Sequence record: PV764603.1 | Reading direction: 5' to 3' (one strand) | DNA length: 64,000 nucleotides | The notes under the pieces: model-generated | The model's input: only the letters and a program-made list of their open reading frames with translations | Databases searched by the model: none | Told to the model about the DNA's origin: nothing | In this document: piece after piece, positions 64,000 through 64,000 of the stretch | How the letters are laid out: each line of letters starts with the position of its first letter | How positions within the stretch are numbered: position 1 is the first letter of the stretch | Position numbers and translations under genes: made by a program

Positions 64000-64000
64000 A

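Noticed and set aside
1-64000. tRNA or rRNA genes, and an alternative genetic code
   Set aside because: No cloverleaf with a T-loop (GTTCGA) in proper context was recognised in the short intergenic gaps; conserved enzymes are full length under code 11
1-64000. Bacterial chromosome or integrated prophage
   Set aside because: No host housekeeping synteny, integrase or att site; gene density, small ORFans and phage-type replication genes indicate a large lytic phage (inference)

Overview
Gene-dense segment of a large (probably jumbo) tailed dsDNA phage genome, roughly 55-60% GC by eye, probably infecting a Proteobacterium (inference from the YbiI/TraR-like, pilin-like and Aat genes). Positions 1-8.1 kb are + strand nucleotide-metabolism and replication genes: Nudix, MazG-like pyrophosphatase, thioredoxin, nrdA, nrdB, primase. 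Everything from 8.3 kb onward is on the - strand: HAD nucleotidase, a divergent sigma-like protein, HNH nucleases, an H1-like/polyacidic protein, acyl carrier protein, two-subunit type IIA topoisomerase, NAD-dependent ligase, many small hypothetical genes, flotillin, a pilin-like protein, PC4-like and TraR-like regulators, and an exported transglycosylase. The top candidate novel system is a compact phage-encoded ubiquitin-like conjugation operon at 24.9-28.7 kb: a Ubl ending in Gly-Gly, an 892-aa protein with a canonical-looking E2 catalytic core, and an E1/ThiF enzyme, with no JAB deconjugase in the window. The second is a 9-kb tailoring cluster at 44-53 kb: GAT-QueC, a GTDC1/QTMAN-like glycosyltransferase, PIG-L deacetylase, oxidoreductase, several GNAT/Fem-like transferases and a Leu/Phe transferase. 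Two phage-specific promoter classes are visible: a three-copy module with tandem CTGAACG boxes, and a recurrent CTGTAAATA motif resembling the T4 late promoter. No tRNA, rRNA or CRISPR array was recognised. All family calls come from motif recognition by eye, not database searches.
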